64,000 nt of DNA from Ignavibacteriota bacterium (GTDB taxonomy: Bacteria > Bacteroidota > Ignavibacteria > UBA10030 > UBA6906), in the NCBI GenBank assembly GCA_963801355.1, contig CAWDEM010000004.1, positions 1,593,279 to 1,657,278 on the forward strand. Reading direction: 5' to 3'. Under the pieces are notes generated by a model. That model was not told the DNA's origin. It made no database searches and saw nothing but the letters and a program-made list of their open reading frames with translations. Position numbers and translations under genes: made by a program. Below, in pieces: positions 22,100 to 31,016 of the stretch (positions within the stretch are counted from its first letter, which is position 1; every line of letters begins with the position of its first letter).

Positions 22100-23263
22100 C
22101 TAGCGCCGGAAGAACTCTCCGACGATCATCTCATAGTCCCGGTCATCCATATCCTGGAGCAAGCCGGCATACACCTCGCCGCCGATCGGCGATGTACTGC
22201 CGTCGGGGTTGCGCCGGTTCATCCTGGCGGTCAATGCCGTCAGACGTTCGATTTCTTCCTGGAAAAACGCGACTGCCGACTTCCCGATTTTCAACGACGG
22301 GATCTCCACATCCAGATGGTCGGCGTCGAGGACGCACATCCAATGCTCGGCATAGGGCGTCGCCTGCAGATCCTCGGGGTGTTTCGAGAGCGCGTTGTTC
22401 ACCTGAATGACTTTTCCCGAGACCGGAGCGAGGAACGGTATGGAGTGTTTTCCCTGTCGCACGGTGAAGAGAGGGGCGCTGCGTTGCACCGTCATTCCCA
22501 GGTTCGGGAGTTCGATGGTGTCCACCGTGCCGATCAACCGCCGGGCGAAGTCGTCGATGCCGACGCGGACCGTGCCGTCTTCAAATGTCGACGCCCACGT
22601 ATGCCCGTCTGCGATGAAGACGCCCCCGGGGATGGCGAACTCATTGTTGCCGATCCCCTCCAGCGTCGCCACATGGGTAATGTGGACCTTCGGCTTCAGC
22701 TGTTTCGCAATCCGGTCCTGACGCTTCAGAAGGATCTTCTTCACGAATGCGAGGAGCTCATCTTCGGTGAACGGCTTCTGCACATAGTCCATGGCGCCGT
22801 GCTTCATGCATTCAACCGCCGTCTCGACCGTGGCGTAACCGGTGATGATGACAACATCAATGTCCGGACGTATGTGCTTCACCGATTTCGTGACCTCCAC
22901 ACCGTCCATGGCCGGCATTTTGAGGTCGGTGAACACGAAGTCGTAGTGGTGGGACTGCAGGAGGCCGAGGGCCTCCTGGCCGGTCTGCACCGTGTCGATC
23001 GAGTAGCCGTCGAGCACCAGAATCTTCCGGAAGCTGTCGAGGATTACTTCTTCGTCGTCGACGCAGAGGATCCGGGCCTTCGGCTGGTCGACTTCCGCCC
23101 GTTTCAGGCTCTTTGCTTCGCGGGTGAAGTCCAGCGAGAGGCTGACGGAGAGTGCATTCTCGCGTTCCTTCCGCAGCTTGTTCTCCTGCATGCGTCGTGA
23201 CACCACGCGGATGAGGATGTCCGCTATGACGAAGACAATGACGGCGATAACAAACAGTAACAT
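22100..23263 (-). CDS. Membrane-anchored receiver domain fused to GcvH-like domain
   Basis: N-terminal TM; REC (VDDE, FTDLKMP, ITGY, QKPF); HTWA..VRVGIDDFA..APVSGKVIQVN..PY..W. Confidence 0.85.
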   Translation of the reverse strand: MLLFVIAVIVFVIADILIRVVSRRMQENKLRKERENALSVSLSLDFTREAKSLKRAEVDQPKARILCVDDEEVILDSFRKILVLDGYSIDTVQTGQEALGLLQSHHYDFVFTDLKMPAMDGVEVTKSVKHIRPDIDVVIITGYATVETAVECMKHGAMDYVQKPFTEDELLAFVKKILLKRQDRIAKQLKPKVHITHVATLEGIGNNEFAIPGGVFIADGHTWASTFEDGTVRVGIDDFARRLIGTVDTIELPNLGMTVQRSAPLFTVRQGKHSIPFLAPVSGKVIQVNNALSKHPEDLQATPYAEHWMCVLDADHLDVEIPSLKIGKSAVAFFQEEIERLTALTARMNRRNPDGSTSPIGGEVYAGLLQDMDDRDYEMIVGEFFRR

Positions 23264-23284
23264 GGGAGGCCTCTCCTTAGTTGA

Positions 23285-24094
23285 TCACGTCAATGGATCA
23301 GAGCCGCATGGTTGCAGGCGTGCGAGTTCGTACTCAACGTCCGTCGGGATGGCGCGATACAGCCATCCGGTAAAATAGGGGTCCTTCTCGATGATGGCCG
23401 GGAAGGATTTCAATTCGGCGTTCACGTCCACCACCCGGCCGGAAATCGGCGAGAGTACCGGATGGAGCAGCCCGTCGGACGTCTGGATCTGGGCGCACAC
23501 GGTTCCCTGGATGATTTCACCATCGGGGTGAACGGTTTCCACCGCGGTGGGCTGTTCAATGGTCCGCACGAAGAGGTGGGTGACCCCGACGAGCGCCGTA
23601 CCGTCGCCCTGCGGGCATACCCAGCTGGTGTAACCCAGCCGCCGGTACTTCGGCGGGCAGGGGACCACGAGTGTTCCGTCCTCCGTCGTGCCGGAGACCA
23701 TGCGTGTTTGCTGCTCACGGATCTGCCGGAAACGCAGAGCACGCTGGATCGCCGACTTTAGTTCATCGAAGGTGAAAGGTTTCGGAATGTAGTCTACCGC
23801 TCCGACAGTAAGAGCCTGCACGGCGTTCTCGACCGTGGAAAACCCGGTGGCCATGATGACGGGTGTTTCCGGCGCCTTCTTCAGGGCAAGTTTCAGAAAC
23901 GAGAATCCATCCATCCCGGGCATCATGACGTCGCAGAGGATGAGGCCGAAGGACTGCCGGTCAAGCAGAGGAACGGCGGATTCCGCGTCAAGGGAGGTGA
24001 CAACACGGTATCCTTCCGATGTACAGATTTTCGTCACCGCGTCAAGAATGACTTGTTCATCGTCGATGACCAGGATGTCTGTGTGTGGCTTCAT
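23285..24094 (-). CDS. Receiver domain fused to GcvH-like domain lacking the lipoyl lysine
   Basis: REC (IDDE, LCDVMMP, ATGF, PKPF); SW..ALVGVT..SPISGRVVDVN..DPYFTGWL. Confidence 0.85.
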   Translation of the reverse strand: MKPHTDILVIDDEQVILDAVTKICTSEGYRVVTSLDAESAVPLLDRQSFGLILCDVMMPGMDGFSFLKLALKKAPETPVIMATGFSTVENAVQALTVGAVDYIPKPFTFDELKSAIQRALRFRQIREQQTRMVSGTTEDGTLVVPCPPKYRRLGYTSWVCPQGDGTALVGVTHLFVRTIEQPTAVETVHPDGEIIQGTVCAQIQTSDGLLHPVLSPISGRVVDVNAELKSFPAIIEKDPYFTGWLYRAIPTDVEYELARLQPCGSDPLT

Positions 24095-24100
24095 GCCTGT

Positions 24101-25969
24101 CTACCGTGGCTGCTGGAGGGGAAGACGGATGTGGAATGTCGTTCCCTTCTTCGGTTCGCTCTCTACAGTGATGGTGCCGTTATGGTTGTCAATAATGCCC
24201 CAGATGACGGAAAGCCCCAGGCCGGTGCCTTTCTGTCCCTTCGTGGAAAAGAACGGCTCGAAAATTTTTGGAAGCTCCTCGCGTGATATGCCGCTTCCCG
24301 TGTCGGCCACGGTGATCTCGACATAGTCGCGCACTCCATCTCGCTCCACCGACTCCCACCTCTGCCAGTCGCACCCGAACCTGCTGCAGGCTTCCCATTT
24401 GCCCTGTCCCGCGACTTCTATCCAGAATGTGGCCGCGGCGCATTTCGGGCAGCGGACCTGCGTATCCATCAGCGAGACGCCGCACTCAGGACATTGCACC
24501 GTCATCTCCTGGTCGGGGGAGAGAGGGATGCTGGTCATGTGCTGGTGGCGGCCGTACAAGGGGTCTAGGTGGAGAATACCTTCTTCGTTCCCCGCACGCA
24601 CTTTCACCCTGATCGACGGCAGACCGTTGATTTTCACGGCCGGGTCGATCAGCGCGTGCCGCTTGCTGCACGCAGCCTTCTTTACGGATGCGGTTCCCTC
24701 CGGGGAGAGCTTGAGCAATGAAGAGCCAATGGTGATTGTGCCGCCCGCCTGCGGCATCGCATCGATCGCGTTCACGATGAGGTTGACGAAGACCTGCTGG
24801 ATCTGGTTGGCGTCGACGGTGACCGGCGGAAGCTGCGGGTCAATATTCTTGACCAGATCCACATGCCGGAGCGTCAGCTGGTTGCTGACGACTGTCGTGG
24901 CACGGTCTATGACATCGTTGATCTGTGCTTCGGTCTTCTTGGGCACCGACTGCCGGGCGAAATCGAGCAGGCTCTTGACGATCTCCCGGCTCCGGAGGGT
25001 TTCCCGTACGATGACCTTGAGGTCTTCCTGCAGCTCCGGCTGATCCTGTGTGCGCTTCAGCAGAAAACTGCTGTAGGTCAGCACGCCGGTCAGCGGGTTG
25101 TTGATCTCATGAGCGACCCCGGCGGCAAGCCGTCCAAGGGACGCGAGTTTGTCCGATTGGAAGAGTTGCATCCGGGCTTCGGACAGTTTGGCGGTCATGT
25201 TATTGAACGAGCGTCCGAGCCGGCCGAGTTCGTCATTGCCTTCCCGGCTGATGTGGTAGCTGAGGTTGCCATCGGCGACCTGCTGGGTCCCCTTGACCAG
25301 TTCGGCCACCGGCCGGGCGACCCATCGCTGCACGAAGAAGGCGATGATCAGGCTCAGTGCAACAAAAGCACCTGCTGCGAAGAGCACCATCTCCAGCACA
25401 CGGTCGCGGATCTGGCGATCGACCTCTTGCAGCGGCATGGTTACATCAAGGACACCGAGCACCTTCACGTGTGCGGGGTGGACGTGGCAGTCGGCAGAGG
25501 AACAGGAGGTCTCGTTGTATATGGGGTTGATGACCGCCAGGTACCGGTCCGTCTCTCCTACCGGCTGGAGCAGCCGGGTTCTCTGGTCGATGGTCAGGTG
25601 CTGCAGCGGAGGTGTGCTGGCATGACAGGCGCGACAATTAGCAACCTCCTTCGGAAGAATGGTGCCCACGTCGGTCCCTACGGAGGAGAACATGACCTTC
25701 CCCTCCTTGTTCAGCACCCGCACGTCGCCGATGCCGGACTGCTGGCCGATAGCGCTGATGGTTTCCTGGATACGGTCACGCTCGTTGCGGAGCATATCCA
25801 GCCTGGTGCTGTGCTTGACCGTCTCGGTCAGCTGGTTTGCGTGACGTTCCACCTCCGCGGACAAACTTGCGTTGAGAGCACGGATGTTGAAGAACGCAAT
25901 GATCCCGATGATCACGATTGCCGTGATCCCGACCACGAGGATGAGTCTGACACCAATCCGCCGGATCAT
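24101..25969 (-). CDS. HAMP sensor histidine kinase with periplasmic heme-binding motif and Cys-rich insertion in HATPase domain
   Basis: Two TMs, CRACH and CSSADCH, HAMP, AHEINNPL, NLIVNAIDA, DTGSGI, GTGLGL. Confidence 0.92.
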   Translation of the reverse strand: MIRRIGVRLILVVGITAIVIIGIIAFFNIRALNASLSAEVERHANQLTETVKHSTRLDMLRNERDRIQETISAIGQQSGIGDVRVLNKEGKVMFSSVGTDVGTILPKEVANCRACHASTPPLQHLTIDQRTRLLQPVGETDRYLAVINPIYNETSCSSADCHVHPAHVKVLGVLDVTMPLQEVDRQIRDRVLEMVLFAAGAFVALSLIIAFFVQRWVARPVAELVKGTQQVADGNLSYHISREGNDELGRLGRSFNNMTAKLSEARMQLFQSDKLASLGRLAAGVAHEINNPLTGVLTYSSFLLKRTQDQPELQEDLKVIVRETLRSREIVKSLLDFARQSVPKKTEAQINDVIDRATTVVSNQLTLRHVDLVKNIDPQLPPVTVDANQIQQVFVNLIVNAIDAMPQAGGTITIGSSLLKLSPEGTASVKKAACSKRHALIDPAVKINGLPSIRVKVRAGNEEGILHLDPLYGRHQHMTSIPLSPDQEMTVQCPECGVSLMDTQVRCPKCAAATFWIEVAGQGKWEACSRFGCDWQRWESVERDGVRDYVEITVADTGSGISREELPKIFEPFFSTKGQKGTGLGLSVIWGIIDNHNGTITVESEPKKGTTFHIRLPLQQPR

Positions 25970-25985
25970 TGCGCAGGAGACCGTT

Positions 25986-27167
25986 CTATTTGTTGCCGAC
26001 CGCACGTACGGAGCTGATCATCGTGCCCGGCCGTGCCGCCGGATAGCTCTTGTCGTCGTGACATCCCGCACAGGATGGCGCTGCAGCAAAATTCATCTCC
26101 GCGTGACAGGACTCACAGTCCAGCCCGCTGTGCGATGCATCGAGCCGCAACCCTGTGATTTGATGCTTGAACGATGCCGGCGTCCACCCTTTGTGACACG
26201 TCGTGCACTTGCGGTCAACTTTCGTGAAGCGTTTCTTGTCGCCGTGGCACTTCTGACAGGAGAGGTCGCGGTGGAAGCGATTCAGGGCCCAGCCGGAACT
26301 CCGTGCATGGTCGAATGCCGTCATCGGCTTTGCGACGTGGCACGCCTCGCATTTGTCCGAACCATGGCAGGTGAAGCAGGGCTCATGCAGCTGCTCCATG
26401 GAAAGCTGTGTCTTCACTTCCCGCACCTTGGTGTCATCGGCTCTGCTCCTGTTCACGTCGTGGCACCGTACGCATCCTTCCTGCTGGTGGCAGTCGATGC
26501 ATTCCAGCCCGAACCGTGTCGCGTGGTCGTCGTGGAAAAACGTCACAAACGAACCGTCCTCATTGCGAGTTGCATAATCCACTTTTGTGGGGAGTGGAAC
26601 TCTGGGATGGGATTTGCCGGCCTCTGTGCGAGCACGCGTCATCTCCGCTTCAGTCTGCTCCTGGGATTTCTTTGTGTGACATCCGCTGCAGTCCGTTGTG
26701 TGTGTCCACTGCCGGTGACAATCTATGCACTGCCGGTGATATGCACCCTTGAGATCAGGCATGCTGAGATCGGCACGGGCCCTCGACTTCGGGTGGCACT
26801 CACGGCAGGAGAGGATCCCCTGGGAGGTGCTGTTGTAGTGGTGGCAGCCATAGCATCCTCCCGACATCTCCGACATCTCGGCGTGCGCCTTGTGCGCGAA
26901 GACCACCGGACCATACTGGCCCGCCATGTCTCCCATGCGCAAGACTTCCGGGCCTGTCTCCCCCGTGGCATGGCCGGGGAGCATGCGCACACGCGGACAG
27001 TTCACGAGGCACGGGTCTGTCTTTGTTGGTTTCGGGCAGGCATGGCACGTCTGGCATGGCACATCCGGACGCTTCGGCGGTGCATGTTTTTCCCATTTGG
27101 ATCCCTGGCCGAACGCGGACAGGGAAAGCAACGCGAGCGCTGTGAGACAATGAATCCAGAGTTTCAT
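25986..27167 (-). CDS. Periplasmic multiheme cytochrome c (13 CxxCH; cytochrome c3/HmcA-like)
   Basis: Signal peptide, 13 CxxCH motifs, c3-like VVFAHKAH and AYHRQC. Confidence 0.92.
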   Translation of the reverse strand: MKLWIHCLTALALLSLSAFGQGSKWEKHAPPKRPDVPCQTCHACPKPTKTDPCLVNCPRVRMLPGHATGETGPEVLRMGDMAGQYGPVVFAHKAHAEMSEMSGGCYGCHHYNSTSQGILSCRECHPKSRARADLSMPDLKGAYHRQCIDCHRQWTHTTDCSGCHTKKSQEQTEAEMTRARTEAGKSHPRVPLPTKVDYATRNEDGSFVTFFHDDHATRFGLECIDCHQQEGCVRCHDVNRSRADDTKVREVKTQLSMEQLHEPCFTCHGSDKCEACHVAKPMTAFDHARSSGWALNRFHRDLSCQKCHGDKKRFTKVDRKCTTCHKGWTPASFKHQITGLRLDASHSGLDCESCHAEMNFAAAPSCAGCHDDKSYPAARPGTMISSVRAVGNK

Positions 27168-28408
27168 GACTTTTCCGATCGAATGGCATATTTCGCTTGG
27201 ATAGCCGGTCGGTCTTCCGGCACGCTGATTACCGGGAATATCATGACGTATGCCCTGTACATAAGGGTCAGGAGAGAGATGAAGCCGACGGTCACCGAAA
27301 TTTCCCCTATCGACGGGAGGTAGGGATGCAGGGCGTAGGGGGGTTGATACGCGACAATGAAGTTGTTGATCCGGTTCAACGCCACGCCGAACACGACGAG
27401 TGCCGCCGCGGTGAACGTCAACGCAGGTGACCTGAGAACGGAAGGAGAGAGGAACATGCGCAACGGGATGACGACGCCTACCACCACTTCGATCGTCCAC
27501 ATCACACTTGCCGTATTCAGATCCGCGAGATAGACGAATGTCTCACGGATAAACATATCGCCGAGCTTGAACGCGAGGTACACGCCCAGGATCGGTGCGA
27601 CCATGCCGCCGAGTTTGCCCAGAATTTCGGTTTCCGGCTTGAGCTTGAATGACCGTGCGGCCAGGGTGGACTCGAAGATGACCATCGGGAATCCCACCGC
27701 TATGGCGGAAAGAAGAAAAAGCAGCGGGAGGATCGGAGTGAACCAGAGCGGGTGCATTTTCGCGCCGGAGATGACCATCAGCGTGCCGAGTGAGGATTGG
27801 TGGAGCGTCGAGAGAACGACACCAGCGATAATGAAGACGAACATGGTCGTGTTGAGTCCGCGGTCGAGCACGCGGAGCAACCGGTCCACGGAACGATTGA
27901 GCCCCCTGAGGATGCCCGGGAGGTTCACCTTGCCGATAAACCGTTCGGTCACGAGAGGGATGAATTCGATATAGAGCACCGTCATGTAGATCATCACGCA
28001 GATACCGACCTCGAACAGGGCCGAGTTGCCGTTCCACATGATGAGGGGGTGCCAGATAAAATACCAGCGCCCGATGTCCACACAGACACCGATGGCGACG
28101 AATGTGTAACCCAGCATGGCTGTCAGCAGCGCGGGGCGGATGATGGCGTGGTACTCTTCCCGGTGCATGACGTGGCCGAGGGCGGCGGTCGTGAAGCCGC
28201 CTGCCGCGAGGGCAACACCGGCGCCGACGTCGACGGCGATCCAGAGTCCCCAGGGATACTGATCATTCAAGTTGGTCACGGCGCCGAGGCCGAAAAAGAA
28301 TCGGCCGGCCAGGAACGCGATGCCGTTGACCGCCAGGAGGATCAAGACGATGACTCCCGGTGTGAGGAACTTGGCTTTGATCGGGGTTGGTGTCATGTGC
28401 GCTTCCAT
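27164..28408 (-). CDS. NrfD/HybB/HmcC-family integral membrane quinone-interacting subunit
   Basis: TNLNDQYPWGLWI, DIGR, SALFEVGIC, HQSSLGTL, HPLWF. Confidence 0.92.
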   Translation of the reverse strand: MEAHMTPTPIKAKFLTPGVIVLILLAVNGIAFLAGRFFFGLGAVTNLNDQYPWGLWIAVDVGAGVALAAGGFTTAALGHVMHREEYHAIIRPALLTAMLGYTFVAIGVCVDIGRWYFIWHPLIMWNGNSALFEVGICVMIYMTVLYIEFIPLVTERFIGKVNLPGILRGLNRSVDRLLRVLDRGLNTTMFVFIIAGVVLSTLHQSSLGTLMVISGAKMHPLWFTPILPLLFLLSAIAVGFPMVIFESTLAARSFKLKPETEILGKLGGMVAPILGVYLAFKLGDMFIRETFVYLADLNTASVMWTIEVVVGVVIPLRMFLSPSVLRSPALTFTAAALVVFGVALNRINNFIVAYQPPYALHPYLPSIGEISVTVGFISLLTLMYRAYVMIFPVISVPEDRPAIQAKYAIRSEKS

Positions 28409-28410
28409 GC

Positions 28411-29301
28411 CTAGGCCTCCTCTTTCCGGGTTTTCGTCATCCACATGATTGCCCCGAGTATTGCATAGAGTGCGACGGGCGGGACAAAATACGCAAAGAT
28501 GCCATGCTGGATGGCTTCCGACACGCCGGGAGCCGGAGTGGTACCGAGTTTTGGGAACTTCAGATCTGCAAAGTCGCGTCCGGCGAGGTACACCCATCCT
28601 GTTCCGCCGGCTTCGTACTCGCCGTACACGTGATTGACGTACTTGTCTCCGTATGTGATTAACCGCTGCTTGGCGATCCGGATAATTTCATCGCGGGGCC
28701 CGAACGTCAGGGCCTCGACCGGGCACGCATCCACACATGCGGGGAGTTTGTTCTCACTTGTCCGGACAATGCAGAAGTCACACTTCCGGATTTCGGGCTG
28801 AATGGCTTTATCGTATTCAAATGAAGGGATCTGGAACGGGCAGGCTACCATACAGTACCGGCAGCCGATGCACATGTCCGTGTCCCAGATCACCGATCCG
28901 TTTTCCTGTTTCGAAAACGCGCCCACGATGCATGCAGAAACGCAGGCGGGGTGATCGCAGTGCATGCACTGGACTTTGACGAAGTACGGAAGATCGGCCT
29001 TTCTGGGATTGTCGTACTGATTGACGACGGTAAGGGCTCCCGAATCCGGACGCCGCATCTCCTTGAAGACCGACCTGTCGCCGTACATCTCGAGGGGTGG
29101 CGACGGCAGGTCATGAGCGGTGCGACAGGCGTATTCGCAACTTCTGCAGCCGATACACACCGTCGTATCCACGAGGACGCCATTCCGTTCCGGAGACAGA
29201 ACGTTCTTCGGGTTTGCCTTTGCAGTTGCATTGAGCCCGGCAACAGTTCCGCCGGCCAGGGCAGCAGTCTTCAAGAAGGCCCGTCGACTCGGTAATTTCA
29301 T
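28411..29301 (-). CDS. Tat-exported 4Fe-4S dicluster protein (HybA/HmcB-like)
   Basis: SRRAFLK; CIGCRSCEYAC, CMHCDHPACVSAC, CIGCRYCMVACP, KCDFC; C-terminal TM. Confidence 0.93.
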   Translation of the reverse strand: MKLPSRRAFLKTAALAGGTVAGLNATAKANPKNVLSPERNGVLVDTTVCIGCRSCEYACRTAHDLPSPPLEMYGDRSVFKEMRRPDSGALTVVNQYDNPRKADLPYFVKVQCMHCDHPACVSACIVGAFSKQENGSVIWDTDMCIGCRYCMVACPFQIPSFEYDKAIQPEIRKCDFCIVRTSENKLPACVDACPVEALTFGPRDEIIRIAKQRLITYGDKYVNHVYGEYEAGGTGWVYLAGRDFADLKFPKLGTTPAPGVSEAIQHGIFAYFVPPVALYAILGAIMWMTKTRKEEA

Positions 29302-29344
29302 AGGTGGTCCTTGCAGGATTGAACAGCACTGACGCGCTCAACTC

Positions 29345-29359
29345 TCAAAACTTGAGCCA
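29345..29359 (-). promoter_or_regulatory. Possible sigma54-like promoter for the redox operon (non-canonical -12)
   Basis: TGGCTC-AAGTT-TTGA 44 nt upstream of start; -12 is GA instead of GC. Confidence 0.4.
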
Positions 29360-29587
29360 CAAACCAGTGAGCGAATGTGTTCAAATATCCAAGAAATCGG
29401 CGGAAAAACGGGCAAACCCGCAGCTCCCCTTTCCTAAAATGAGGAAAAAGTGAACAGCTATTCCCAGTTGTGGGAAAATTGGGCCATTTTCGCCTTCTCT
29501 TCTGCGGCATTCCCATGGCACGATTTGTGACTTCGCAAAGCTGAGTGATTTCAGCCGTTTGCAGTCTCAGACGATTGGAATGAGTGA

Positions 29588-30952
29588 ATGAAAAAAGAAG
29601 AACTCGGCATTCTGGTCGTGGACGACGAGTTCATTGTCCGCGAGTCGCTCACCAAGTGGTTCCGTGAAGATGGGTTCCGGGTCGATGCTGCTCCTGACGG
29701 GTTCACTGCGCTGAAGAAGCTCCAGACTGAACCGTGGAACCTGGTTCTCACTGATATCAGAATGCCCGGCATGGATGGACTGGAACTCCTGCATCGCGTC
29801 AAGCGGATAAGCCCCCAGAGCGTGGTCATCATTGTGACGGCGTTCGCCACGGTCGAAACCGCGGTGCGCGCATTGAAGGAAGGTGCGTACGACTACATCA
29901 CGAAACCGATAGATCCGGATTACCTCAACCATATTGTCATCAATGCGCTGGAGCAACAGCAGCTGGTGCTGGAGAACCAGCGACTGCGCAACGCCGTGAG
30001 CGAGCTGACGGCCGACTCCGCGATCATCGGTGAGTGCGCCGAGATGCGCCGCGCGATCGAGCTCGTGGAAACGGTCGCTCCGGCGGAGACCACGGTGCTG
30101 ATTACCGGGGAGAATGGAACGGGCAAGGAGTTCGTGGCGCGGGCCATTCACCAGGCGAGTGCGCGGCGCTTTTCTCCGCTGATAACCGTCAGCTGCGGTT
30201 CTCTCGGCGAGCTTCCTATGGTGGACGAACTGTTCGGCCACGAAGCAGGGGCCTATCCGGGCGCACAGCAAATGCAAAAAGGGAAGATCGAACTGGCCGA
30301 TGGCGGTTCTGTATTCCTGGACGACATCGGGAGGCTCGATCTGAAAGCCCAGGCAGAGCTCTTGCGCTCGCTGGAGATGAAGCACATTATCCGCCTCGGT
30401 GGTGTGGATCCGATCAATGTCAGCGTCAGACTGCTCTGCGCCAGCCAGGAAGATCTCGAGAAGGCGGTGCACGAGGGACGGTTCAGAGAAGATCTCTACT
30501 ATCGCCTGACGGTCTTTGAGATCATGCTCCCGCCGCTGCGGGCGAGGCGGGGTGATGTGGCAGCACTTGCTCACTTCTTTCTGGGCAAGTATGCGCGCGC
30601 TATGAACCGTAAGATGCAGGGGTTTTCACCGGAGGCAATGCTCGCTCTCAAGGCATATGCATGGCCCGGCAACGTGCGAGAACTCCAGAACGTCATCGAG
30701 CGTGCCCTGGTCGTGGCACGGGGTCCGATGATAGAACGGGAACACCTCATCCTGCACACAGATACCGCATCACCCACGACGGGAAAACGGCTCGAAGATA
30801 TGGAACGAGCGCATATTGCAGTCATCCTGCGTGAAACCGGATGGAATATCAGCCGCAGCGCCTCAATCCTGGACATCGACCGTGTCACACTCTACCATAA
30901 GATCGAGAGATACGGATTGAAACGGCAGGCGCAGCCGGCACCTCTCCGTTGA
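29588..30952 (+). CDS. NtrC-family response regulator (REC-AAA+-HTH) with degenerate GAFTGA
   Basis: REC, GENGTGKE, ELFGHEAGAYPGA, FLDDIG, FREDLYYRL, WPGNVRELQN, Fis HTH. Confidence 0.92.
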   Translation: MKKEELGILVVDDEFIVRESLTKWFREDGFRVDAAPDGFTALKKLQTEPWNLVLTDIRMPGMDGLELLHRVKRISPQSVVIIVTAFATVETAVRALKEGAYDYITKPIDPDYLNHIVINALEQQQLVLENQRLRNAVSELTADSAIIGECAEMRRAIELVETVAPAETTVLITGENGTGKEFVARAIHQASARRFSPLITVSCGSLGELPMVDELFGHEAGAYPGAQQMQKGKIELADGGSVFLDDIGRLDLKAQAELLRSLEMKHIIRLGGVDPINVSVRLLCASQEDLEKAVHEGRFREDLYYRLTVFEIMLPPLRARRGDVAALAHFFLGKYARAMNRKMQGFSPEAMLALKAYAWPGNVRELQNVIERALVVARGPMIEREHLILHTDTASPTTGKRLEDMERAHIAVILRETGWNISRSASILDIDRVTLYHKIERYGLKRQAQPAPLR

Positions 30953-31016
30953 TTTTCTGAGACGCATTGGGCATATTGCGTCACCTCAAACTGAACGCAT
31001 ACTTCTCGGGGAACGC

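Noticed and set aside
22100-24094. Glycine cleavage system
   Set aside because: GcvH-like domains are fused to receivers, lack the ESVK motif, and no gcvT/gcvP is present
27164-29301. Hydrogenase-2 operon
   Set aside because: HybA/HybB-like subunits only; no NiFe large/small subunit or maturation genes in the window
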